This document shows, piece by piece, positions 6,001-10,936 of a stretch of DNA of 10,936 bases. The DNA is from Myxococcota bacterium (GTDB lineage: Bacteria > Myxococcota_A > UBA9160 > UBA4427). Position numbers and translations under genes: made by a program. Within the stretch, counting starts at the first letter, position 1; each line of letters starts with the position of its first letter. The stretch lies in contig JAYZFK010000080.1 of NCBI GenBank assembly GCA_036336835.1, positions 1 through 10,936 of the forward strand. The letters run 5' to 3'. The notes under the pieces were generated by a model. It was not told the origin of the DNA and made no database searches. It was given only the letters and a program-made list of their open reading frames with translations.

Positions 6001-8038
6001 GCACCTGCGGCCGACGCTCGACTACGACATCGACTACCTCCAGGGCCGGGTGCTGCTCTCCGATCCGCTGGCGGCGACCGCCGACGATCACCAGCTCGTG
6101 CGCAGTCAGGGGCTGAGCGGAGACGAGGTCTGGCTCGTGGCGCAGTACGAGTACACGCCCGGCTTCGACGAGCTCGACAGCGTCGCTCTCGGCGGCCAGG
6201 GTCACCTCTGGCTGAACGACTACGTCCGTGTCGGCGTCACCGCTAACCGCAACGACGACAAGCTCAGCGACAGCAGCCTGTACGCCGGCGACCTCACGCT
6301 ACGCCGCAGCGCCGAGTCCTGGCTCAAGCTGCAGTACGGCCGGAGCGAAGGCGTCGTGTCGACGACGGTGCGCTCCGACGACGGTGGATTCAACTTCCTC
6401 GGCACCGATACGTTCGGCCTGCTCGGCGCCGAGGCCAACGGCTACCGCGCGGACGCGAGCATCGGCTTCGCGGACGTGCTCCCGGCTGGAATGGGCCGCG
6501 GCCGGCTGTCGCTCTACGGACAGATGCTCGACGCCGGCTACTCGGCGCCGGGCCTGGAGACGTTCCGCGATACCAAGCAGTACGGCGGCCTGTTCGACAT
6601 GCCGATCAGCCAGCGGCTGCAGCTCGACGCCAAGGCCGACTACCGAGTCGAGGAGATGGGGCTCGAGACCACGGCCGCCGAGGCCGATCTTGCCTATCAG
6701 CTGACCGAACGCTGGCGCCTGAGCGCGGGCGTTCGCCACGATCGCCGTGAGGACGACTCGCCGCTGGTGCCGCTGACCCAGCAGGAGGGCAACCGCACCG
6801 ACGTCATCGCACAGCTGGACTACGACTCGCGCGGGCGTTGGAGCGCCTACGGCTTCGGCCAGGAAACGGTCGCGAAGTCGGGTAACCGCGAGGCCAACCA
6901 GCGCTATGGCGTCGGCGGCGCCTATCTAGTGACCGACCGGCTCGCGATCGAGGGCGAGGTGTCGCACGGCGATCTCGGCCCCGCGCTGAAGCTGGGCACG
7001 CGCTTCCAGGAGACGGAGCAGACCCACCGCTACCTGAGCTACGCGATCGAGAACGAGCGCGGCATCGACGGCCTGCACGCGCGCCGCGGCGACCTGGTTT
7101 CGGGCGCGCGTACCCGGCTGTCCGACAGCTCGAGCGTCTACCTCGAGGATCGCTATCAGCACTCGGACGCGCAGAACGGCCTGACCCGGGCCATGGGCAT
7201 GACGCTCGCGCTGTCCGAGCGCTGGAGCCTCTCTGCCAGCGGAGAGCTCGGCACCCTGATCGACCAGTACAGCCAGGCCGAGACCGACCGCCGCGCGGGC
7301 AGCGCCACGCTCGGCTACCGCTTCGACAAGCTCCTGCTCTCGACCGGCGTCGAGTACCGCTACGACAAGACGGAGCAGCTCGATACCAGCGAGACCGAGC
7401 GCGCCACCTGGCTCTTCCGAAACAGTCTGAAGTACCAGATGACACCCGACTGGCGGCTGCTGGGCAAGTTCAACCACTCGCTCAGCAACAGCTCCGAGGG
7501 CGACTTCTTCGACGGCGGCTATACGGAGGCGGTGCTCGGCTACGCCTATCGGCCGGTTGCGAACGACCGGCTGAATGTCCTGGCCAAGTACACCTACTTC
7601 GCGAACATGCCCACTACCGATCAGGTGACGTCGCAAGGCGTCGCGTCGCAGTTCATCCAGCGAAGCCACATTGCCTCCCTCGACGTCTCGTACGACCTCA
7701 CGCCCAACTGGTCGATCGGCGGCAAGTACGCCTACCGCCGCGGCGAGGTGAGCCTCGACCGCGACGACCCGGATTTCTTCGACAACAGCGCGCACCTCTA
7801 CATCCTGCGGACGGACTACCGGTTCTCGAAGAACTGGGAGGTGCTGGCCGAGGGTCGGATGTTGGACATGCCCGATCTCGACGAGCGGCGGAGTGGAGCG
7901 CTGTTCACGATCTACCGGCACCTGGGAGATCATCTCAAGGTGGGCATCGGCTACAACTTCACCGATTTCTCGGACGACCTGACCGATCTGAGCTACGACC
8001 ACCACGGGTTCTTCTTCAACGTGGTCGGGTCGCTCTAG
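2..8038 (+). CDS. Giant multidomain outer-membrane protein (DUF11 repeats + SdrD-B-like + OmpA-like domains + very large C-terminal beta-barrel); 5'-truncated
   Basis: The frame is open from base 2 (DGTIISNQAFVSALGGGVVDQ...) to TAG at 8036-8038, so the GTG at 53 is not the true start. The first residues GTIISNQAFV match the ends of later repeats (GTLITNQAVV, GTTIANTGVV). Strong G/C third-position bias throughout, with recognisable DUF11, SdrD-B, OmpA and barrel motifs. Confidence 0.93.
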   Translation, partial: DGTIISNQAFVSALGGGVVDQPSDDPDTPIPDDPTRDVVGNAPLLFAPKSAVIGVDGGSPGIVDPLDTLHYTITVYNDGAVPATAATLIDAVPANTTWVADSLTLNGLPVGVPDAGLSPLASGIPIQSSDLTPPLPGPGGGVLNPGESAVIEFDLQVAAGTPTGTLITNQAVVGSAESANLLTDGDGNAATGPEPTIVLVGAGQQLAITKQLAVVGGGAALAGGELEYVVRITNLATVAAQSVVITDDLDAPLAGQLQYVAGSGTLDGLPAGVVLVGSVLTADYSALYGPLEPGASAVLRFRAAIDAGLAIGTTIANTGVVTWNTPLQTASAGVSIDVGGMPGVGLLNGTVWHDADFDDALGTSELVLQGWTVELLRDGTSVQTVLTDAAGLWAMGGLAPNQLSGEQYALRFRGPGAGTGSAALGLADSAFTNELQEITDLIVGSGANLLDLNLPIDPNGVVYGALGRSPVAGATLTMLAAGTGTALPSSCFDDPVQQGQVTRSDGYYKFDLNFSDAACSSGAGYSIALTAPSAFEDGESEIIPPQSAPATPFSVPTCPGSPNDALPATAQHCEVQASALAPPLSVPARAPETDYQTYFVFDASAPPGSSQLFNNHIPLDPLIAGNIAITKTTPSRDVSRGDLVPYEITVRNDLAVPIPDLTIVDSFPAGFRYIEGSGRIDGVPTEPTLDATGRQLIWTDVGIDGSSNRSAVLLLAVGAGVSDGKFTNRAQAVSSVTGNALSGEATATVRVVPDPTFACTDVIGKVFDDTNRNGTQDRGERGLPGTRLVTARGLVATTDPYGRFHITCAVVPNEKRGSNFILKLDDRSLPTGYRLSTPAAQVKRATAGKALRFSFGASIHRVVGLDLADAVFEPGTTVMREQWVPRLELLIDQLAQPVDSADSANSAHSAATLRLSYVADVEEAGLVDRRIAAVKLELGRRWQERDGDELEVETRVYWRRGAPAGGSVLDGGLLSTLTAPFRSEATREVDAGTATEQQLPPDAFTPWTQDPERLAREHGDRIEERVVETEQAETVKLTDMVPPIRFESGVAQIPAGTVAALRGVLESMQDLPNVRVHLVGHADNQPLSAALAAVYGDNEGLSHERAGEVAEYLQAALALPPEAISFAYAGDDEPVASNVTESGRAQNRRVEVEVWYDEKHRALAVEEIVVAEDIKRVKVCRTETVCKLRYHEGHERRARIRNLISPLQIGEDTASVSDDFVLRVRQVLDNLSDKRNVSVKLIGYTDDAPLEGRAARIYGTHLALSKARAHRVARTIQDRLELPTAAVASDGRGSATPLVSNDTESGRWQNRRVEVEFWYDDPLQELSDELQTCPDPGEAEIVTKVYDPPWGRIELVAIESGEPRVPVGYADTLRRAMDDVADRENVRLRFVGYTRNERLDRRTAGVYGDDIGLSAARARRTMEQLRGELGLAEAQVEHEGRGYVHSNDVVNGGFVQGDTDHVAVQVVYDERAAFDGLDGIDVVPITRELRAKDPLALNLMHITVDGEPIDDPGRSSADIQRCTDVALESADIRFEFDDLDAGPRLSVTSQAGAVAVPASPLGAGSGGAAGVAGVPGAAATATGAGVDFQMYSNYGHFIERSEVRIFERGQSSKAEPIAVVEVGPGGAARWRPEPEHFASPVRDLAFVLRAYDAAGHFDETAPQVLWLIHGTPDANADAAAELRDGLPTAPNPLLGGYGESGPLHRSIPLGGAGTVQVHGSGVPPNHTVWLAGTPVAVDEYGNFVAEAVLPAGLHTVEVAVLDSAGNGELFLRDLELERDDWFYVGIADLTLATGKTSGAEEALQGQDATFDPDSKADGRLAFFVKGRFSGFGEDWKLTAHADTREGPVKDLFKDFVDKTPEALFRRIDPDRFYPTFGDDGTVEEGAPTSGKFFVKLDNRENHAMWGNFKVGYLANELAHVDRGLYGANAHYQSVGTTRFGEQRLALDGFAAQPGTMPSREEFRGTGGSLYYLRVQDVLEGSERLRIEVRDKDSGLVTGVVHLRPTLDYDIDYLQGRVLLSDPLAATADDHQLVRSQGLSGDEVWLVAQYEYTPGFDELDSVALGGQGHLWLNDYVRVGVTANRNDDKLSDSSLYAGDLTLRRSAESWLKLQYGRSEGVVSTTVRSDDGGFNFLGTDTFGLLGAEANGYRADASIGFADVLPAGMGRGRLSLYGQMLDAGYSAPGLETFRDTKQYGGLFDMPISQRLQLDAKADYRVEEMGLETTAAEADLAYQLTERWRLSAGVRHDRREDDSPLVPLTQQEGNRTDVIAQLDYDSRGRWSAYGFGQETVAKSGNREANQRYGVGGAYLVTDRLAIEGEVSHGDLGPALKLGTRFQETEQTHRYLSYAIENERGIDGLHARRGDLVSGARTRLSDSSSVYLEDRYQHSDAQNGLTRAMGMTLALSERWSLSASGELGTLIDQYSQAETDRRAGSATLGYRFDKLLLSTGVEYRYDKTEQLDTSETERATWLFRNSLKYQMTPDWRLLGKFNHSLSNSSEGDFFDGGYTEAVLGYAYRPVANDRLNVLAKYTYFANMPTTDQVTSQGVASQFIQRSHIASLDVSYDLTPNWSIGGKYAYRRGEVSLDRDDPDFFDNSAHLYILRTDYRFSKNWEVLAEGRMLDMPDLDERRSGALFTIYRHLGDHLKVGIGYNFTDFSDDLTDLSYDHHGFFFNVVGSL
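128..600 (+). other. DUF11-like (conserved repeat, TIGR01451-type) domain 1
   Basis: LFAPK...DTLHYTITVYNDG...ATLIDAVPANTTWV...NPGESAVIEFDLQV...ITNQAVV; boundaries approximate. Confidence 0.8.
614..1019 (+). other. DUF11-like domain 2
   Basis: LAITK...GGELEYVVRITN...VVITDDL...YVAGS...LEPGASAVLRF...IANTGVV; boundaries approximate. Confidence 0.8.
1034..1375 (+). other. SdrD B-like (CnaB/prealbumin-like) domain 1
   Basis: GTVWHDADFDDALGTSE...GWTVELL...TDAAGLW...YALRF; typical GxVWxD...E...V.L...TDxxG pattern. Confidence 0.7.
1877..2260 (+). other. DUF11-like domain 3
   Basis: IAITKT...GDLVPYEITVRN...IVDSFPAGFRYIEGS...FTNRAQA...ATATVRV. Confidence 0.85.
2270..2577 (+). other. SdrD B-like domain 2 with EF-hand-like Ca2+ loop
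   Basis: IGKVFDDTNRNGTQDRGERGLPG...TTDPYGRFH; DxNxNGxxDxxE at 2306-2341. Confidence 0.75.
2696..2731 (+). repeat. In-frame 9-bp tandem repeat, 4 copies (DSA-DSA-NSA-HSA)
   Basis: GACTCGGCG GACTCGGCG AACTCCGCG CACTCGGCG read directly. Confidence 0.85.
3122..3469 (+). other. OmpA-like peptidoglycan-binding domain (intact)
   Basis: IRFESG...LVGHAD...NEGLSHERAGEV...GDDEPVASN...GRAQNRRVEV. Confidence 0.9.
3436..3963 (+). repeat. Dispersed 39-nt direct repeat (3436-3474 and 3925-3963), 38/39 identical
   Basis: GCAGAACCGCCGCGTCGAGGTCGAG[G/T]TCTGGTACGACGA, encoding QNRRVEVE[V/F]WYD at the end of the two intact OmpA-like domains. Confidence 0.9.
3611..3958 (+). other. OmpA-like peptidoglycan-binding domain (intact)
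   Basis: LIGYTD...LSKARAHRV...GRGSATPLVSN...GRWQNRRVEV. Confidence 0.9.
4058..4411 (+). other. Degenerate OmpA-like domain
   Basis: NVRLRFVGYTR...YGDDIGLSAARARR...EGRG aligns by eye with the two preceding domains, but lacks the G-x-x-D aspartate and the NRRVE motif. Confidence 0.75.
5342..8035 (+). other. Very large outer-membrane beta-barrel region (~898 aa)
   Basis: Alternating hydrophobic/polar strands rich in Y/W/F/G. Repeated short turns of type Y/x-x-L-[ST]-x-[RND]-W/L (YQLTERW, LALSERW, YQMTPDW, YDLTPNW, YRFSKNW, YLVTDRL). No cysteine in this region. Confidence 0.8.
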
Positions 8039-8047
8039 CCGATCGCC

Positions 8048-8554
8048 TCAGGGTGCGAAGCTGCTCCGCCCCTTGATGCCCCAGCGACCATCCTGCAGCG
8101 TCATGACGTAGAGCGAGTCGAACCCGGCGATCTCGCTGCCATCGGCGCGCAGGCGAACGAAGCGGGTGGCCACGTGCACCTTGGATGCATCGGCCTGCAC
8201 GATCTCGCGCTTCGTCCATAGGCTGCGCTGCCAGCCCTCTCCGAGGATCAGGCGCAGCTGCGCCTTGTGTTCGCTTCGGGGCAGGCGGAGCAGCGGCATC
8301 GCCTCTTTGGCTGTCGTCCACAGCGAGATCTCGCCGCCCGCCAGCCTGAAGTGCGGGAAGTGATAGGTGGACACGTGCTGCTCGAGGTCGAGTGCGTTGA
8401 GCGCATCCATGTAGCGGTCGAGCACCGCCATCACCTGTGCGTCGCGCTCCGAATCCGCGAAGACGGGTGGCGACAGACCGGTGACCAACAGCATCCCTGC
8501 GAGCAGTCGGCGCAGGGCGAGTCGAGCAGCGATTCCGCGAGGGAGCTCGGGCAT
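8048..8554 (-). CDS. Exported NTF2-like/SnoaL-like fold protein, function unknown
   Basis: Basic-hydrophobic N-terminus ending PVFA|D (Sec signal-like). Helix LDRYMDALNALDLE, then YHFPH, and C-terminal strands KVHVATRFVRLRADG...SLYVMTLQDGRWGI typical of NTF2-like folds. ATG lies 6 nt after the upstream gene's stop. Confidence 0.75.
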   Translation of the reverse strand: MPELPRGIAARLALRRLLAGMLLVTGLSPPVFADSERDAQVMAVLDRYMDALNALDLEQHVSTYHFPHFRLAGGEISLWTTAKEAMPLLRLPRSEHKAQLRLILGEGWQRSLWTKREIVQADASKVHVATRFVRLRADGSEIAGFDSLYVMTLQDGRWGIKGRSSFAP

Positions 8555-8560
8555 GGTGGA

Positions 8561-9649
8561 TCAGTCGGGCATCACGATCTCGCCGGTGTGCGCGTCCTCC
8601 ATCGCCTCGAGCACGCGGGTGTCCGAGTAGACGGGGAGGCCGGCTTCGGCGTAGAGCGCGCGGGTGCGATCGGTGACGGCGCCGACGCGCACCAGCGCGG
8701 GCATCATCAGGTCCTTGAACGAGTGGATCTGGCCGGGCGGCAGGTCGGCCTCGAGACCGGCCATGTGAGCCTCCTGGAGGCTCGCCACGAAGTCAGCGGG
8801 ATCGATGCCGCACTCGTCGAGCATCATGCGGAATCCCGGGTCGGTGGCGCGTGTCCCGCGGCCGTCGTAGCCGCCCATCGAGTCCGACATCGTCTTGATC
8901 GCTTCGAATGCGAACTGCGCAATGTCTTCGCGATCGTCGGGGTGCATCTCGGCGATCACCTTGCTGAGGTAGAGGTGGCCGAAGGCGACGTGGCGCGATT
9001 CGTCGGCCAGTACGTTGTCCGTCAGATCGCGCAGCAGCTTGCAGGTCGTCTGGCGGCGCATGTTGTGGAAGGCCGCGAGCGCGAGGCCTTCGACCACCAT
9101 GTTCATGCCGATCAGGATCTTGGCGTAGTGGTCGGACGTGAGCGTCGCGTCGATCAGCTCCTTCAGCCACGGCGAGATCGGGTAGGACTTTGCCAGCTTG
9201 TTGATGTAGCGCTCGTAGACTTCGACGTGCCGGGCCTCGTCCATCGTCTGCGAGGCGGAGTAGAGCTTGGCGTCGTAGTCCGGGACTGCGTGGGTGAGCG
9301 CGGCGGCGGTCATCAGCGCGCCCTGCTCGCCGTGCAGGAACTGCGACAGCAGCTGGCAGGTCGAGTGCGCGGTGAAGTTTTCCTGCTGCGACTTGGAGAG
9401 CTTCTGGAACACGGACAGCTGCATCAACCGGTTCTGACGCTCGTCGACGATCGGCTTCGAGGGGTCGATCTCGATGCTCCAGTCGAGCCGCTCGTCGGCA
9501 TCCCACTGGCGCTGCTTGGCCTTCTTGTAGAGGTTCTCGAGCTTGTCGACGTCGAGCGCGTACTCGAACTGCCAGCAGATCTCCATCGGCGACTTGATGA
9601 GATCGGTGTTCTGCCAGGCCTCGGTGGTACGATCCTTCGCGGCATCCAT
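8561..9649 (-). CDS. Ferritin-like diiron-carboxylate protein (AurF-related ferritin-like family), 362 aa
   Basis: Motifs SQFLHGEQGAL, TMDEARHVE, VVEGLALAAF, ADESRHVAFG give the E...ExxH...E...ExxH ligand set. Start reassigned from 9688 to ATG 9649 because GAGGAG lies 7 nt upstream. Confidence 0.88.
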   Translation of the reverse strand: MDAAKDRTTEAWQNTDLIKSPMEICWQFEYALDVDKLENLYKKAKQRQWDADERLDWSIEIDPSKPIVDERQNRLMQLSVFQKLSKSQQENFTAHSTCQLLSQFLHGEQGALMTAAALTHAVPDYDAKLYSASQTMDEARHVEVYERYINKLAKSYPISPWLKELIDATLTSDHYAKILIGMNMVVEGLALAAFHNMRRQTTCKLLRDLTDNVLADESRHVAFGHLYLSKVIAEMHPDDREDIAQFAFEAIKTMSDSMGGYDGRGTRATDPGFRMMLDECGIDPADFVASLQEAHMAGLEADLPPGQIHSFKDLMMPALVRVGAVTDRTRALYAEAGLPVYSDTRVLEAMEDAHTGEIVMPD

Positions 9650-9656
9650 GGCAATT

Positions 9657-9662
9657 CTCCTC
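9657..9662 (-). promoter_or_regulatory. Shine-Dalgarno site for the diiron gene
   Basis: Minus strand reads GAGGAGAATTGCCATG. Confidence 0.75.
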
Positions 9663-9692
9663 GCGGCTGGACCGGCGCGCTCGGTCATCCCG

Positions 9693-9698
9693 ATTGTA
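9693..9698 (-). promoter_or_regulatory. Possible sigma70-type -10 element (TACAAT)
   Basis: TACAAT is an AT-rich island in the 83-bp GC-rich intergenic gap; no recognisable -35 at 17 bp spacing. Confidence 0.35.
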
Positions 9699-9732
9699 TG
9701 CGCTCCTCCGACGAGATGCTCCGCGCGGCGGC

Positions 9733-10329
9733 TCAGACGCCGTCGAGTCGGACCTGAAGCTCGATCTGCTGCCCGCCGAGCAACAGCCCGCTCGAGATCA
9801 CGTCCGTATAGACGAAGCCCTGCACCACCCGGTCGTCTGCGGATCCCGGCCCGCCCGGCACGAAGAGATCGGAGACCGTCACGCGCCCCTCGAGCGCCGC
9901 GATACCGGCGAGCCGCTCGAGCGTCGCCGAGACTTCCTCAGCGGAGGGGTAGGCGACGCCGAAATGGCACATGGCCTGCGGCATCCGCGAGTAGGCCCCG
10001 CGCAAGCTGCGATGCAGGTCGGAAAGCTCCTCGTCCGAGGCCAGGCGATCTTGCAGCGCGCTCTCGAAGCGCCACTGGTCCTCGCTCGCCTCGGAGGCAT
10101 AGATCACGTTGTCGAAGACGTCGGTGCTCTCGGGATCCAGATAGACGATGAGATAGGCCGAAGCTGCCGGACCGAGCTCCTCGGGGGTCGCATCAGACTG
10201 CGGATCGATCACTCGGAAGCCCAGGCCTTCGAGCAGCAGTCTGGCCAGTGCTCGCTCGCCGGGTGCGTAGACGAGCTCGGCGTGGTTCAGCATCCGAGCG
10301 CAGCTTCGATTCAGGGGACGCATCGTCAT
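9733..10329 (-). CDS. Hypothetical protein, possible VOC (glyoxalase/extradiol dioxygenase-like) fold, 198 aa
   Basis: Start reassigned to ATG 10329 (AAGGAG 8 nt upstream; the longer ORF overlaps the SDR). LNHAELVY...LGFRV, HFGVAY and terminal QIELQ resemble VOC modules. Confidence 0.7.
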   Translation of the reverse strand: MTMRPLNRSCARMLNHAELVYAPGERALARLLLEGLGFRVIDPQSDATPEELGPAASAYLIVYLDPESTDVFDNVIYASEASEDQWRFESALQDRLASDEELSDLHRSLRGAYSRMPQAMCHFGVAYPSAEEVSATLERLAGIAALEGRVTVSDLFVPGGPGSADDRVVQGFVYTDVISSGLLLGGQQIELQVRLDGV

Positions 10330-10337
10330 CGTCTGCT

Positions 10338-10343
10338 CTCCTT
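10338..10343 (-). promoter_or_regulatory. Shine-Dalgarno site for the VOC-like gene
   Basis: Minus strand reads AAGGAGAGCAGACGATG. Confidence 0.75.
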
Positions 10344-10369
10344 GGCTGAGTTCGTCGCTTCGCCCGCGA

Positions 10370-10936
10370 TCACTGGGGCGCGAGCAACGCTCCCGGATCG
10401 CCCGGGTCGGGTGCGCCGTTGGGCAGCGTGCCGTCGACGTCGACGAAGCCGTAGTCGTCGGCGAGCTGGCGCGTGGTGAGGGCACGGCCGCTCCTGGCCA
10501 TCACCCGATCGTCGCACGCGAGCGCGGCGATTGCGCGCCCCGTGAAGCGCGGGCTCTCCGCTCCGTCGAGCTCGAGATTCCATTCGTCCGCATCGAGCGC
10601 GAGGATGCGCTCTGTCGTGACGAAGGAAGGCCAGATCGAGACCGTCGCGACGCCATGGGCTTCGAGCTGGTAGCCGCAGTCGCGCGTGGTGCGGTCCAGC
10701 GCGGACTTGGCCGCGCCGTAGGCGGGATGGACCGCGAAGTAGCGAGCGCCCTGGGAGCTCACATTGGCGATCAAGCCCTTGCCCTGGGCGATCATGATCG
10801 GTGCCGCGAGCCAGGTGCCGACGTATGCCGAACGCGCACCCACCTGATGCATGTCGTCCCAGCAGTCGAGCTTCGACTCCCAGAAGGGCGCGGTGGGATC
10901 CAGGTCGTCGGGGATCAGGAATGCATTGTTGACCAG
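10370..10936 (-). CDS. Short-chain dehydrogenase/reductase, DHRS1-like; 5'-truncated
   Basis: The frame is open to the window edge: LVNNAF...PFWE...WDDMHQVG..., then NVSS, catalytic YGAAK (10706-10720), SIWPSFVTTE, ESPRFTGRAIAALA and LADDYGFVDVDG, all characteristic of DHRS1-like SDRs. Confidence 0.9.
   Translation of the reverse strand: MVNNAFLIPDDLDPTAPFWESKLDCWDDMHQVGARSAYVGTWLAAPIMIAQGKGLIANVSSQGARYFAVHPAYGAAKSALDRTTRDCGYQLEAHGVATVSIWPSFVTTERILALDADEWNLELDGAESPRFTGRAIAALACDDRVMARSGRALTTRQLADDYGFVDVDGTLPNGAPDPGDPGALLAPQ

Noticed and set aside
6926..8005. 359-aa minus-strand ORF (and other ORFs nested in the giant gene)
   Set aside because: Antisense or off-frame shadows of a well-supported CDS, with Arg/Ser/Ala/Pro- or Val-rich composition typical of GC-rich non-coding frames.
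5342..8035. TonB-dependent receptor or classical autotransporter call
   Set aside because: No recognisable N-terminal TonB plug, and far more candidate strands than 22 or 12.
9650..9688. Upstream ATG (9688) for the diiron gene
   Set aside because: The nearest GGAGGAG is 14 nt away, whereas ATG 9649 has an optimally spaced GAGGAG; not fully excluded.
8267..9757. 496-aa plus-strand ORF
   Set aside because: Antisense shadow of the diiron and NTF2-like genes; such stop-free frames are expected with strong GC3 bias, and it has no recognisable motifs.
9694..10479. 261-aa plus-strand ORF
   Set aside because: Antisense to the VOC-like gene, which has an SD and fits the operon orientation.
10330..10485. 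N-terminal extension of the 9733..10485 ORF
   Set aside because: Overlaps the SDR 3' end out of frame and is low-complexity; a good SD supports ATG 10329.
1..10936. CRISPR arrays, tRNA/rRNA genes, IS elements
   Set aside because: The window is almost entirely coding; no spaced repeats, RNA gene signatures or transposase motifs were seen.

Overview
High-GC, Gram-negative-type bacterial DNA with two convergent units. Plus strand (2..8038): the 5'-truncated end of one giant envelope gene (at least 2678 aa in the window). It encodes, in order, DUF11-like repeats with Lys/Asp/Asn isopeptide-type positions, SdrD-B-like domains, a Cys-paired beta domain, a run of OmpA-like peptidoglycan-binding domains (two intact, two degenerate), an Ig-like segment and a ~900-aa C-terminal outer-membrane beta-barrel region. 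By eye I count about 40 amphipathic strands in that region with consistent turn/loop alternation. It also has a ~100-aa inserted domain reminiscent of the T9SS translocon SprA. The main candidate novelty is a single-polypeptide adhesin + cell-wall anchor + giant pore, possibly a self-contained secretion/display system. Minus strand (10936 to 8048): a compact four-gene run of DHRS1-like SDR (truncated), VOC-like protein, ferritin-like diiron enzyme and signal-peptide-bearing NTF2-like protein. No RNA genes, mobile elements or CRISPR arrays were seen. All family calls are from motif recognition; no searches were run.
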